DNA of 46,187 nucleotides, taken from positions 1 to 46,187 of the forward strand of contig JBJEOJ010000103.1 in the NCBI GenBank assembly GCA_051880655.1, read 5' to 3'. How positions within the stretch are numbered: position 1 is the stretch's first letter; each line of letters begins with the position of its first letter. Shown in pieces: positions 23,141 to 32,879 of the stretch. The notes beneath the pieces were generated by a model, which saw nothing but the letters and a program-made list of their open reading frames with translations, did not search any database and was not told the origin of the DNA. The stretch is from Acutalibacteraceae bacterium. GTDB taxonomy: Bacteria > Bacillota > Clostridia > Oscillospirales > Acutalibacteraceae. The position numbers and the translations under genes were made by a program.

Positions 23141-25129
23141 TTGCAGAGAATCGGAGTTTTTGTGTGTTGGTGCGGAAGCAACATTGCAGCAACCGTTGAT
23201 GTTGACGCAGTTGTTGAAGCAGTCAAAAACGAACCCGGAGTTTGCTTTGCTCAGAACTATCAGTATATGTGTTCCGAAGCAGGTCAGGCACTAATCAAAA
23301 ACGCCATTAAAGAGCATAATCTGACAGGCGTTGTTGTTTGTTCCTGCTCACCGAGAATGCACGAAGCAACTTTCAGAAAAACAGCCGAACAGGCGGGGCT
23401 CAACCCCTATATGGTTGAAATTGCAAACATCCGTGAGCATTGTTCATGGATTCACAAAGATAAACAGGAAGCAACCGAAAAGGCAGTTATTCTTGCAAGA
23501 GCTGCCATTGCAAAGGTTAACCTCAACGCACCGCTTCAGCCGGGCGAAAGCGCAGTAACAAAGCGTGCGCTCATCATCGGCGGCGGTATTGCAGGACTTC
23601 AGTCCGCTCTTGACATTGCCGATGCAGGCTATAAAGTTGACATTGTTGAAAGATCGGCAACAATCGGCGGCAAAATGGCTCAGCTTGACAAGACTTTCCC
23701 GACGCTTGACTGCGCTGCCTGCATTCTTACCCCGAAAATGGTTGAAGCTTCCCAGCACCCGAACATCACGCTTTATACCTACAGCGAGGTTGAAGAGGTT
23801 AAGGGCTTTGTCGGAAACTTTGACGTTAAAATCAAAAAGAAAGCCCGTTTTATTGACGAAAACAAATGTACGGGCTGTGCGGTATGCACAACAAAATGTC
23901 CCTCAAGAAAGGGCGGCAACGAATTTAACTGCAACCTTGACACAAGGGGAGCGGTTTATATTCCGTTTGCACAGGCTGTTCCGAACATTGCCTGCATTGA
24001 CAGCACAAGATGTCTGCATTTTAAAACAGGCAAATGCGGAATCTGCCAGAAGGTATGCTCTGCCGGAGCAATCAACTTTGACCAGAAAGACGAAATTATT
24101 GAAGAAAAATACGGCGCAATTGTTGTTGCAACCGGTTTCCAGATTTCGGATGTCACCAAATTTGATGAATTCCAGTATACAAAGCATCCCGACGTAATCA
24201 CTTCTCTTGAGCTTGAAAGAATCATGAATGCGGCAGGTCCGACAAAGGGCACGCTTCTTCGTATGTCGAACAAAGAGCACCCGAAGGACATTGTTTTTGT
24301 TCAGTGTGTCGGCTCAAGAGACAATACCTGCAGAGGTAAGACCTACTGCTCAAAAATCTGCTGTATGTACACAGCAAAGCACGCCATGCTTATCAGAGAA
24401 AAATATCCCGATGTTAATGTTCACGTTTTCTATATCGATGTCAGAACGCCGGGCAAAAACTTTGATGAGTTTTACAGACGCGCCGTTGAACAGTATAACG
24501 TTGACTATATCAAAGGCATGGTCGGAAAGGTCTGGGAAAACGAAGAAGGAAGACTCACCGTTCAGGGTGTTGACCTTCTTTCCAACAGAAGAATTATGCT
24601 TGACACCGATATGGTTGTTCTTGCTGCGGCAATTGAGCCCAGCAGTGGCGTAAGAGACATTGCAACCATGCTCACGGCAAGCATTGACACCAATAACTTC
24701 CTGACAGAAGCGCACCCGAAGCTTCGTCCCGTTGAAAGTCCGACAGCAGGCGTTTTCCTTTCCGGTGTATGCCAGGGTCCGAAAGATATTCCCGAAACCG
24801 TTTCACAGGCAGGCGCTGCCGCCGTTAAGGTTATCGGTCTGCTTGCAAAGGATAAGCTTGTCACAAGCCCGTGCACGGCTTCACCGAACGAGCTGATGTG
24901 CAACGGCTGTTCAACCTGCGAAAGAGTTTGCCCCTATGGTGCAATTGATTATGTTGATAAAGAAGTCAACGACCACGGCAAGCGTGAAGTTCGCCGCCTT
25001 GCAAGAGTCAATTCCGCTCTTTGCCACGGCTGCGGTGCTTGTACGGTTGCATGTCCGTCCGGCGCTATGGACCTTAAGGGCTTCAGCAACAGACAAATTA
25101 TGGCGGAGGTGGATGCTATATGCAAGTAA
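23141..25129 (+). CDS. hdrA: heterodisulfide reductase subunit A-like FAD/FeS protein
   Basis: About 662 aa. TTG 23141 sits 8 nt after AAGGAG and is preferred over GTG 23132, which lies inside the SD. IGVFVCWCGSNIA N-terminus, GGGIAGLQSALD FAD fold, inserted CTGCAVCTTKCP/CGICQKVCSAGA and C-terminal CNGCSTCERVCP/CHGCGACTVACP ferredoxin domains. Confidence 0.85.
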   Translation: MQRIGVFVCWCGSNIAATVDVDAVVEAVKNEPGVCFAQNYQYMCSEAGQALIKNAIKEHNLTGVVVCSCSPRMHEATFRKTAEQAGLNPYMVEIANIREHCSWIHKDKQEATEKAVILARAAIAKVNLNAPLQPGESAVTKRALIIGGGIAGLQSALDIADAGYKVDIVERSATIGGKMAQLDKTFPTLDCAACILTPKMVEASQHPNITLYTYSEVEEVKGFVGNFDVKIKKKARFIDENKCTGCAVCTTKCPSRKGGNEFNCNLDTRGAVYIPFAQAVPNIACIDSTRCLHFKTGKCGICQKVCSAGAINFDQKDEIIEEKYGAIVVATGFQISDVTKFDEFQYTKHPDVITSLELERIMNAAGPTKGTLLRMSNKEHPKDIVFVQCVGSRDNTCRGKTYCSKICCMYTAKHAMLIREKYPDVNVHVFYIDVRTPGKNFDEFYRRAVEQYNVDYIKGMVGKVWENEEGRLTVQGVDLLSNRRIMLDTDMVVLAAAIEPSSGVRDIATMLTASIDTNNFLTEAHPKLRPVESPTAGVFLSGVCQGPKDIPETVSQAGAAAVKVIGLLAKDKLVTSPCTASPNELMCNGCSTCERVCPYGAIDYVDKEVNDHGKREVRRLARVNSALCHGCGACTVACPSGAMDLKGFSNRQIMAEVDAICK

Positions 25130-25584
25130 ACGAAAACAACGAAGCAAAAAAGCAATTCAAGCCGCTCATCGTGGCATTTTGCTGCAACTGGTGCAGCTAC
25201 GCAGGTGCAGACCTTGCCGGTACAAGCCGACTTTCCTATCCTGCAGATGTAAAAATTATCCGTGTTCCGTGCTCATGCCGTGTTAACCCGATGTTCATTC
25301 TCAAAGCTTTTGAGAAAGGCGCAGACGGCGTTATCATGTGCGGCTGTCACCCCGGTGACTGCCATTACAGCACAGGCAACTATTATGCAAGAAGAAGAAT
25401 GACCCTTTTGTTCAGTATGCTCGATTATCTCGGCATTGACAGAGCAAGAACAAGAGTTGAATGGGTATCCGCCGCCGAGGGTCAGAAGTTTTCGCTTGTT
25501 ATGAACGATTTTGCGAAAACCATTACTGAGCTTGGCGAGAATGTGAAGTTGGGGGATCTGAGATGCAAAAAACAGCAGGATTAA
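25120..25584 (+). CDS. mvhD: MvhD/FlxD-like (methyl-viologen-reducing hydrogenase delta subunit family)
   Basis: 154 aa. AFCCNWCSYAGADLAG ... CGCHPGDCHY. Overlaps the end of hdrA by 10 nt. Confidence 0.85.
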   Translation: MQVNENNEAKKQFKPLIVAFCCNWCSYAGADLAGTSRLSYPADVKIIRVPCSCRVNPMFILKAFEKGADGVIMCGCHPGDCHYSTGNYYARRRMTLLFSMLDYLGIDRARTRVEWVSAAEGQKFSLVMNDFAKTITELGENVKLGDLRCKKQQD

Positions 25585-26552
25585 TGAAAAAAAGAGTTCT
25601 TGAGCTTCTTGCTGACGGCACTGTCACAAAAGTCCTCGGCTGGAAAGCGGGCGAATTCTTCTATGACGTTACACCCGCATTCTTTTCAAACGAAGAAGAA
25701 CTTTCCGAGCTTATTTACACAAGCTTTTGCGGAGCTAACCTGAGCAAATACCTGATTGAAGAATGCAGAAACATGAAAGAGGGCAAAATTTGCGTTTTGC
25801 TCAAGCCCTGTGACACCTATAGTTTTAATCAGCTTCTGACAGAGCACAGAATCGACAGGGATAAGATTTATGTCATCGGCATCGGCTGCAAAGGTATGCT
25901 TGACATTGAAAAAATCAAAGCTATGGGCATCAAGGGAATCACAAAGGTTCTTGAAGACGGCGAAGACCTTGATATCAGAACCATTTACGGCGACAAAAAG
26001 TGCAAAAAGCAAGACGCACTTCTTGAAAAATGCCTTTGCTGCAAGGGCAAGGAACACAAGGTGTTCGATGAAGTAATCGACCCCGAGCCTGAAACCGAGC
26101 AGGAAAAAGCAGACCGCTTTGAAAAGGTCAGAGAGCTTGAAAACATGACAAGCGAAGAAAGATTCGCTTTCTGGAACGGCGAACTTTCAAAATGTATCCG
26201 CTGCAACGCCTGCAGAAATGTCTGCCCGGCATGCAGCTGCATGAAATGTGTTTTCGATAATCCGGTTTCCGGTGCGGCAAGCAAAGCCAACACAGACACA
26301 TTTGAAGAAAAAATGTTCCATATCATCAGAGCTTTCCATGTTGCGGGAAGATGCACAGACTGCGGTGAATGTTCAAGAGTTTGCCCGCAGGGAATTCCGC
26401 TTCATCTGCTTAACCGCAAGTTCATCAAGGATATTGACGAGCTTTACGGCGACTATCAGGCAGGCGAAGAAGCAGGTTCAAGAGCACCTCTTGTTAACTT
26501 CAGCTTTGACGATGCAGAACCTTCCATCATTAACGAGAGGGGGAACAGCTGA
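25563..26552 (+). CDS. 4Fe-4S polyferredoxin-type subunit (FlxC / sulfhydrogenase-beta / AsrA-like)
   Basis: 329 aa. CIRCNACRNVCPACSC and CTDCGECSRVCP. ATG 25563 has GGGGGA 6 nt upstream. An alternative TAATG-coupled start lies at 25584. Confidence 0.65.
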   Translation: MQKTAGLMKKRVLELLADGTVTKVLGWKAGEFFYDVTPAFFSNEEELSELIYTSFCGANLSKYLIEECRNMKEGKICVLLKPCDTYSFNQLLTEHRIDRDKIYVIGIGCKGMLDIEKIKAMGIKGITKVLEDGEDLDIRTIYGDKKCKKQDALLEKCLCCKGKEHKVFDEVIDPEPETEQEKADRFEKVRELENMTSEERFAFWNGELSKCIRCNACRNVCPACSCMKCVFDNPVSGAASKANTDTFEEKMFHIIRAFHVAGRCTDCGECSRVCPQGIPLHLLNRKFIKDIDELYGDYQAGEEAGSRAPLVNFSFDDAEPSIINERGNS

Positions 26553-27577
26553 TGTATTATATTGAAAAAGCAAAACTCAGCGAGCTTTTTGCAAAACTCT
26601 CAGAAACCTCTAGCGTTTATCTTCCCGTCAGAAAAAACGGTCAGGTAGACTTTGCAAAATGGGAGGACGGAACCGAATATTGCTCCGATGAGCTGAAAAC
26701 GGTGAAAAGTGCAAAAGACCTTTTCTTCCCTCAAAGTGAAAATATTGTTTCTTTCACAAGAGAAAACACAAAAATCACGGTTGAGCCCAAAGAGCTTCCG
26801 AGCGAAAGAACCGTTCTTTTCGGCGTCAGAGCCTGCGATGCAAAAAGCTTTGATGTTCTCGACAAAGTGTTCATGAGCGAACCTGCCGACAGCTTCTATA
26901 CCGCAAGACGCACCAACGGCGTTGTTATCACAACTGCCTGCTCACAGCCGGAGGAAACCTGCTTCTGCAGCACGTTCGGCATTGATCCGGCAAATCCGGG
27001 CGCAGATGTTCAGACATGGTTTGTCGGCGAAAAGCTTTATTGGGAAGCTTTAAGCGAAAAAGGTAAACAGCTCACAGAAGAAATTTCCGCTTTGCTTTGT
27101 GATGCAGACGCTTCTGAGGTTGAAAGCGAAAAGGCAAACATTTGTGATATTATGAAAAAGCTTCCGCTCAGCGGACTTTCACTTGAAAAGTTCGGTGCAG
27201 GAAAGACCAAAGAACTTTTTGATGCCCCCGAATGGGAAAAGCTCAGTCAGTCCTGCCTCGGCTGCGGAGCGTGCACTTTCGTTTGCCCGACCTGCCAGTG
27301 CTATGATATTCGCGATTACGACACCGGTCACGGTGTTAAGAGATACCGCTGCTGGGACTCATGCATGTATAACGATTTCACCATGTGTGCCCACGGAACA
27401 AACAGACCGACACAGCTTCAGCGTTTCAGACAAAGATTCATGCACAAGCTTGTTTATTTCCCGGACAACAATGGCGGTGAATTTTCATGCGTAGGCTGCG
27501 GCAGATGTGTAAGCCGCTGCCCGATTTCAATGAATATCGCAAAGGTAATTAAAGCATTCGGAGGTGACAATCAATGA
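26552..27577 (+). CDS. 4Fe-4S subunit (FlxB / sulfhydrogenase-beta / AsrA-like)
   Basis: 341 aa. FGVRACDAKSF, CLGCGACTFVCPTCQC, CVGCGRCVSRCP. TGATG overlap with the upstream gene. Confidence 0.7.
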   Translation: MYYIEKAKLSELFAKLSETSSVYLPVRKNGQVDFAKWEDGTEYCSDELKTVKSAKDLFFPQSENIVSFTRENTKITVEPKELPSERTVLFGVRACDAKSFDVLDKVFMSEPADSFYTARRTNGVVITTACSQPEETCFCSTFGIDPANPGADVQTWFVGEKLYWEALSEKGKQLTEEISALLCDADASEVESEKANICDIMKKLPLSGLSLEKFGAGKTKELFDAPEWEKLSQSCLGCGACTFVCPTCQCYDIRDYDTGHGVKRYRCWDSCMYNDFTMCAHGTNRPTQLQRFRQRFMHKLVYFPDNNGGEFSCVGCGRCVSRCPISMNIAKVIKAFGGDNQ

Positions 27578-28416
27578 GTTGTTCATGTTCATCAGGTGAT
27601 AAGCTCGTTCCGATTCCGGCAGTTGTCACCGAAATAAGAACCGAAACGCCCGATGTCAAAACTTTCAGAGTTGTCGGACTTGACGGTACAAACTGCTTTG
27701 ACCACAAGCCGGGTCAGTGTGCAATGCTCACAGTTCCCGGAGTCGGCGAAGCCATGTTCTCCATCACATCTTCACCGACAGAAACCGCCTATAAAGATTT
27801 CAGCATCAAAAAATGCGGACTTCTCACGGAATATCTTCACAGCATGGAGCCGGGTCAGGAAATCGGCATCAGAGGACCTTTCGGCAGACCTTTCCCCGTT
27901 GACACGGAATTCAAAGGTCAGAATCTTCTTTTCATCGCCGGCGGTATCGGTCTTGCACCGCTTCATTCCGTAATCAATTACTGCCGTGCTCACAGAGAAG
28001 ATTACGGCACAATTGATATTCTTTACGGTTCAAGAAGTGCGGACGACCTTGTTGATTATGACGAGATTATCAATGTCTGGCAAAAAGAAGACGGCATCAA
28101 TGTTTATCTGACAATCGACAGAGAGCAGGAGGGCTGGGACGGTCATGTCGGCTTTGTTCCCAACTATCTCAAAGAACTTGCTTTTGAGCCGAACAAAACC
28201 GCAATCATCTGCGGTCCGCCGATTATGATTAAGTTTGTTCTGGCAGGTCTTATTGAAATGGGCTTTGACAAAACCCAGGTTTATACAACGCTTGAACTGA
28301 AAATGAAATGCGGAATCGGTAAATGCGGAAGATGCAACATCGGAAGCAAATATGTCTGCAAAGACGGTCCTGTTTTCCGCTGTGATGAAATTGACGAATT
28401 ACCGAATGAATATTAA
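27574..28416 (+). CDS. FNR-fold FAD/NAD(P)H oxidoreductase subunit with C-terminal 2Fe-2S site (FlxA/AsrB/HydG/PyrK-like)
   Basis: 280 aa. RxFS-type FAD motif (AMFSITSSP), NAD(P) motif LLFIAGGIGLAPL, cluster motif MKCGIGKCGRCNIG...C. ATGA overlap with the upstream gene. Confidence 0.8.
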   Translation: MSCSCSSGDKLVPIPAVVTEIRTETPDVKTFRVVGLDGTNCFDHKPGQCAMLTVPGVGEAMFSITSSPTETAYKDFSIKKCGLLTEYLHSMEPGQEIGIRGPFGRPFPVDTEFKGQNLLFIAGGIGLAPLHSVINYCRAHREDYGTIDILYGSRSADDLVDYDEIINVWQKEDGINVYLTIDREQEGWDGHVGFVPNYLKELAFEPNKTAIICGPPIMIKFVLAGLIEMGFDKTQVYTTLELKMKCGIGKCGRCNIGSKYVCKDGPVFRCDEIDELPNEY

Positions 28417-28434
28417 TGAAAAGGAGTGCTGAAA

Positions 28435-29109
28435 ATGGAGCAGATGGTTAACATCTATATCATGGGTAAGAAATACTCTGTGCCCGCAAGTCTGACAATC
28501 ATGACTGCCACCGAATATGCAGGCTATAAATATGTCAGAGGCTGCGGCTGCCGTAACGGTTTTTGCGGCGCCTGCGCAACAATATACAGAATTAAGGGTG
28601 AATTTGAGCTTCGCACAGGTCTTGCCTGTCAGACTCAGGTTCAGGAGGGAATGTATATTGCATCTCTTCCGTTCTTCCCGACCAAAAAGGCTGAATATGA
28701 CATTGAAGAAGTAAAGCCCTCCGAACAGATCATGATGGAGCTTTACCCCGAAATTTACAGCTGTATCGGCTGCAACGCCTGCACAAAGGCCTGTCCGCAA
28801 AGTCTTCCCGTAATGCAGTATATCGCATACGCACAGCGCGGTGAATATAAAAAGTGCGCTGACGCTTCGTTTGACTGCGTTGCGTGCGGAATCTGCACAT
28901 CAAGATGCCCTGCCGGAATCACACATCCGCAGGTTGCCGTTCTTGCAAGAAGACTTACCGGCAAATATATCGCTCCCGAATCAAAACACCTGACAAAGCG
29001 TGTTGACGAAATCGTAAAGGGCGAGCATGAGCAGCTTATCGAGCAGGTTATGGGCAAGCCCATTGAAGAGCTCAAAGAACTTTATAATCACAGAGACATT
29101 GAGAAATAA
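28435..29109 (+). CDS. FrdB/SdhB-like iron-sulfur subunit (2Fe-2S plus 2x4Fe-4S)
   Basis: ATG 28435 sits 8 nt after AAGGAG; the track's GTG 28426 lies inside the SD. CGCRNGFCGAC...C, CIGCNACTKACP, CVACGICTSRCP. Confidence 0.75.
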   Translation: MEQMVNIYIMGKKYSVPASLTIMTATEYAGYKYVRGCGCRNGFCGACATIYRIKGEFELRTGLACQTQVQEGMYIASLPFFPTKKAEYDIEEVKPSEQIMMELYPEIYSCIGCNACTKACPQSLPVMQYIAYAQRGEYKKCADASFDCVACGICTSRCPAGITHPQVAVLARRLTGKYIAPESKHLTKRVDEIVKGEHEQLIEQVMGKPIEELKELYNHRDIEK

Positions 29110-29123
29110 GGAGGGACGATATC

Positions 29124-30722
29124 ATGCTTACAGAAGAAATGCTTGCTTCAATCAAAAAGGTTGAGGCCACAAGACAATCAAGAATCGGTGCAGATCTCAG
29201 AAAAATGACAGCCGATGAAAAAGATGCTCTTCTTAAAGAGTATCATCCCGACTATAAAGACACCGGTTTTGAAACACTTCATGTCGGTCCGAACAAGGGC
29301 GAAAAAGTTCCTGCGGAGCTTCGCCATCTTCTTGAGGGCAAAAGCCGTGTGCTTGGAAAAGACATTGATCTTGAAAATCCCGATTATGATGTTGATGTTC
29401 TCGTAATCGGCGGCGGCGGAGCAGGTGCTTCGGCAGCAATTGAAGCACACAACGCCGGCGCAAACACCATGATCGTCACAAAGCTTCGCATCGGTGACGC
29501 AAACACCATGATGGCAGAGGGCGGAATTCAGGCTGCCGACAAAGAAAACGATTCTCCGGCAACCCATTATCTTGACGCTCTGGGTGGCGGACATTTCAAA
29601 AATGTTCCCGAACTTCTCAAAAAGCTTGTTTGTGACGCTCCGGTTGCCATCAAATGGCTCAACGACCTCGGTGTTATGTTCGACAAGGAAGAGGACGGAA
29701 CCATGGTTACCACCCACGGCGGCGGAACATCAAGAAAAAGAATGCATGCCTGCAAGGACTATTCCGGTGCAGAAATCATGCGTGTTCTCAGAGACGAAGT
29801 TTGGAATCTTGGAATTCCCGTTGTTGATTACACAGCCGCAATTGAAATTATCAAAGATGAAGACGGCAAAGCAGCAGGTGCTGTTCTTCAGAACATGGAA
29901 ACAGGCGAACTTCTTGTTGCAAAGGCAAAAACCGTTATCATCGCAACCGGCGGTGCAGGAAGACTTCATTATCAGGGCTTCCCGACTTCCAACCACTACG
30001 GTGCAACAGCTGACGGTCTGATTCTCGGTTACAGAGCCGGTGCGGAGCTTCTTTATGCTTATACCATTCAGTATCATCCCACGGGCGTTGCTTATCCGTC
30101 ACAGATTTTCGGCGCTCTCGTTACCGAAAAGGTTCGTTCACTCGGCGCACTTCTTGTTAATGTTGACGGCGAAGCTTTCATGAATCCGCTTGAAACCCGT
30201 GATGTTACCGCTTCTTCCATTATCAGAGAATGCAGCACACGCGGCAAGGGTGTTCCCATTCCGGGCGGTGGATACGGTGTATGGCTTGACACGCCGATGA
30301 TCGACATGATCCACGGCGAGGGAACCATTGAAAAAAGAATTCCCGCCATGCTTCGTATGTATCTTCAGTACGGCATTGATATGAGAAAAGAGCCGATTCT
30401 TGTTTATCCGACTCTGCACTATCAGAACGGCGGACTGAAGATCGGCGTTAACGGCATGACAGGCGTTGAAAACCTCTTTGTTGCAGGAGAAGCTGTCGGA
30501 GGAATCCACGGTGAAAACCGTCTTATGGGTAACTCACTTCTTGACATCATCGTTTTCGGCCGAAATGCAGGTCAGAATGCGGCATCAGCAGCAAAGAACA
30601 CAACAGTCGGCAAGCTTACTCTGAGCCATGTTGACGATTTCCAGAAAGAACTTGACGCAGCAGGCATTGAAAGCGACTGCGTTTCACCGAAGCTCCTTCC
30701 GGATTATACAAGAAAGTTTTAA
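29124..30722 (+). CDS. FrdA/TfrA-like soluble fumarate reductase-type flavoprotein (non-covalent FAD predicted)
   Basis: 532 aa. VLVIGGGGAGASAA dinucleotide fold. YHPTG, VTEKVRS, ETRDV, LHYQNGG and GENRLMGNSLLDIIVFG blocks match the succinate dehydrogenase / fumarate reductase / L-aspartate oxidase superfamily. No His at the covalent-FAD position (GDANTMMAEGG). About 90-aa N-terminal extension. Confidence 0.75.
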   Translation: MLTEEMLASIKKVEATRQSRIGADLRKMTADEKDALLKEYHPDYKDTGFETLHVGPNKGEKVPAELRHLLEGKSRVLGKDIDLENPDYDVDVLVIGGGGAGASAAIEAHNAGANTMIVTKLRIGDANTMMAEGGIQAADKENDSPATHYLDALGGGHFKNVPELLKKLVCDAPVAIKWLNDLGVMFDKEEDGTMVTTHGGGTSRKRMHACKDYSGAEIMRVLRDEVWNLGIPVVDYTAAIEIIKDEDGKAAGAVLQNMETGELLVAKAKTVIIATGGAGRLHYQGFPTSNHYGATADGLILGYRAGAELLYAYTIQYHPTGVAYPSQIFGALVTEKVRSLGALLVNVDGEAFMNPLETRDVTASSIIRECSTRGKGVPIPGGGYGVWLDTPMIDMIHGEGTIEKRIPAMLRMYLQYGIDMRKEPILVYPTLHYQNGGLKIGVNGMTGVENLFVAGEAVGGIHGENRLMGNSLLDIIVFGRNAGQNAASAAKNTTVGKLTLSHVDDFQKELDAAGIESDCVSPKLLPDYTRKF

Positions 30723-30745
30723 TTCGGTAAAAAGGAGATAAAAAA

Positions 30746-32002
30746 ATGAGTTTATTTGGCGGAGTGATTTCCATATCCGGTATCACATTTTTGATGTTTT
30801 CCATTTTTGTAATTACCGCACTTGGCTATGCTCTCGGTCGTATCACGATCAAGGGCGTAAGCCTCGGCACGGCAGGCGTTTTCATTGTTGCTCTTCTTTA
30901 CGGCGCAATCTTTTCAAAGGTGATTGAAAGTCAGCTGATGCAGACAATTGCCAATGCCGACCCAGTAAGCTACAGCACAAACGCTTTGAAAATTGTTGAA
31001 AACATCGGCTTGATCCTGTTTGTTACATCTGTTGGTTTCATTGCAGGACCGAATTTCTTCAAAAACCTCAAGCAGAACTATAAATCCTATATCGTTCTCG
31101 GACTTATCATCATTCTTGCCGGTGCAGGAAGCTGCATTGCCTGCTTCTTTATCGGCAAAGGCGGCGAAAGCGATCCGAAAGAATTTGTTGCCATGCTTGT
31201 TGGTCTGCTTTCAGGCTCGTTGACAAGTACACCGGCGTTCTCGGCGGCAAAAGCAACGGTTCTTCCGCAATATGAAGATGCTGTTACAGTCGGTCACGGT
31301 ATTGCTTATCTGTTTGGCGTTATCGGTGTTGTTCTTTTTGTTCAGCTTATCCCGAAGCTCACAAAAGCCAACATGGAAGAAGAAAGAAAGAAAATTCAGA
31401 TTGTTGACACAGGAAAGCCCAAAAAAGAATATAAGGGCAAGCTCATTGACATGGACGGCTTCGGATTTATGGCGTTTGCTCTTGCGGCATTCATCGGCAT
31501 TGTTGTCGGTTCAATCAAAATTCCGCTTTCCTCAAAAGGACTTGACGGAACAACATTTTCGCTCACAACAACCGGCGGAACACTTATAACTGCTCTGATT
31601 TTCGGACATTTCGGTCATATCGGACCAATCAATGTCAAAATTGAAAAAAGAGTTCTTGAAGTGTTCAGAGAATTCGGTCTGATGCTGTTCTTAATCGGTG
31701 CAGGTGTTGCAGGCGGCGCAAAATTTGTTCAGTATTTCAAGGCAATTTATTTCGTATATGGTATTATTATGACAATTGTTCCGATGGTTATCGGCTTCTT
31801 GTTTGCAAAATATGTTCTCAAGCTCAGCCTGCTCAATAACCTCGGTTCAATCACAGGCGGTATGACGAGCACTCCGGCTCTCGGTACGCTTATCAATGTT
31901 GCAGGAACGGACGATGTAGCTTCGGCTTATGCGGCAACTTATCCGATTGCACTGATTGCAGTCGTCGTTGCCTCGCAGCTGATCTGTACTTTCCTCGGCT
32001 GA
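30746..32002 (+). CDS. AAE-family (AspT/YidE/YbjL-type) putative dicarboxylate transporter lacking the central RCK-C domains
   Basis: 418 aa polytopic protein with two internally related halves. N-terminus ALGYALGRITIKGVSLGTAGVFIVALLYG is typical of the family. Confidence 0.65.
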   Translation: MSLFGGVISISGITFLMFSIFVITALGYALGRITIKGVSLGTAGVFIVALLYGAIFSKVIESQLMQTIANADPVSYSTNALKIVENIGLILFVTSVGFIAGPNFFKNLKQNYKSYIVLGLIIILAGAGSCIACFFIGKGGESDPKEFVAMLVGLLSGSLTSTPAFSAAKATVLPQYEDAVTVGHGIAYLFGVIGVVLFVQLIPKLTKANMEEERKKIQIVDTGKPKKEYKGKLIDMDGFGFMAFALAAFIGIVVGSIKIPLSSKGLDGTTFSLTTTGGTLITALIFGHFGHIGPINVKIEKRVLEVFREFGLMLFLIGAGVAGGAKFVQYFKAIYFVYGIIMTIVPMVIGFLFAKYVLKLSLLNNLGSITGGMTSTPALGTLINVAGTDDVASAYAATYPIALIAVVVASQLICTFLG

Positions 32003-32023
32003 TTATAAAAGGAGGTATTTATT

Positions 32024-32869
32024 ATGGTAAGAGACGTTGATGTAAAACTCTTAACAGACAATATTAAAGAAATGTGCATTGAAGCAACACATTATCTTTC
32101 ACCCGATATGTGTGCTGCACTTAAAAAAGCAACAGACACAGAAGAATCACCTCTCGGCAAGCAGGTTCTTGATTCACTCAGCGAAAACCTCAAAATTGCC
32201 GGTGAAGAAATGATCCCCATTTGCCAGGACACAGGCATGGCAGTTGTTTTTCTTGAAATCGGACAGGACGTTCATTTTGTTGGCGGCAATCTCACCGACG
32301 CTGTTAACGAGGGCATCAGAAGAGGTTATGTTGACGGCTTTCTTCGCAAATCCGTTGTCGGCGATCCGATTGAACGCGTGAACACAAAAGATAACACCCC
32401 GGCAATTATTCACACAGAAATCGTTCCGGGCGACAAAGTAAAAATTACGGTTTCTCCGAAAGGCTTCGGCAGTGAAAACAAGAGCAGAATTTTCATGCTC
32501 ACTCCGGCTGACGGCATTGAGGGCGTTAAAAACGCAATTCTCACAGCTGTTAAGGATGCAGGTCCGAATGCCTGTCCGCCGATGGTTGTCGGTGTCGGTA
32601 TCGGCGGTACATTTGAAAAATGTGCTTATCTTGCCAAGAAAGCACTCACAAGAGATATCAGTGTTCATTCTGAAATTCCTTATGTTGCTGAGCTTGAAAA
32701 AGAGATGCTTGAAAAAATCAACAACACAGGCATAGGCCCCGGCGGACTCGGCGGAAGAACAACCGCTCTTGCAGTCAACATCAACACCTATGCAACCCAC
32801 ATTGCAGGTCTTCCTGTTGCAATCAACATTTGCTGCCATGTTAACAGACATGCAGTAAGAGAGATATGA
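32024..32869 (+). CDS. class I (Fe-S) fumarate/tartrate hydro-lyase, alpha-type subunit
   Basis: 281 aa. CQDTGM motif and alpha-region blocks (GFGSEN, GVGIGGT). Confidence 0.85.
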   Translation: MVRDVDVKLLTDNIKEMCIEATHYLSPDMCAALKKATDTEESPLGKQVLDSLSENLKIAGEEMIPICQDTGMAVVFLEIGQDVHFVGGNLTDAVNEGIRRGYVDGFLRKSVVGDPIERVNTKDNTPAIIHTEIVPGDKVKITVSPKGFGSENKSRIFMLTPADGIEGVKNAILTAVKDAGPNACPPMVVGVGIGGTFEKCAYLAKKALTRDISVHSEIPYVAELEKEMLEKINNTGIGPGGLGGRTTALAVNINTYATHIAGLPVAINICCHVNRHAVREI

Positions 32870-32879
32870 GGTGACGAAG

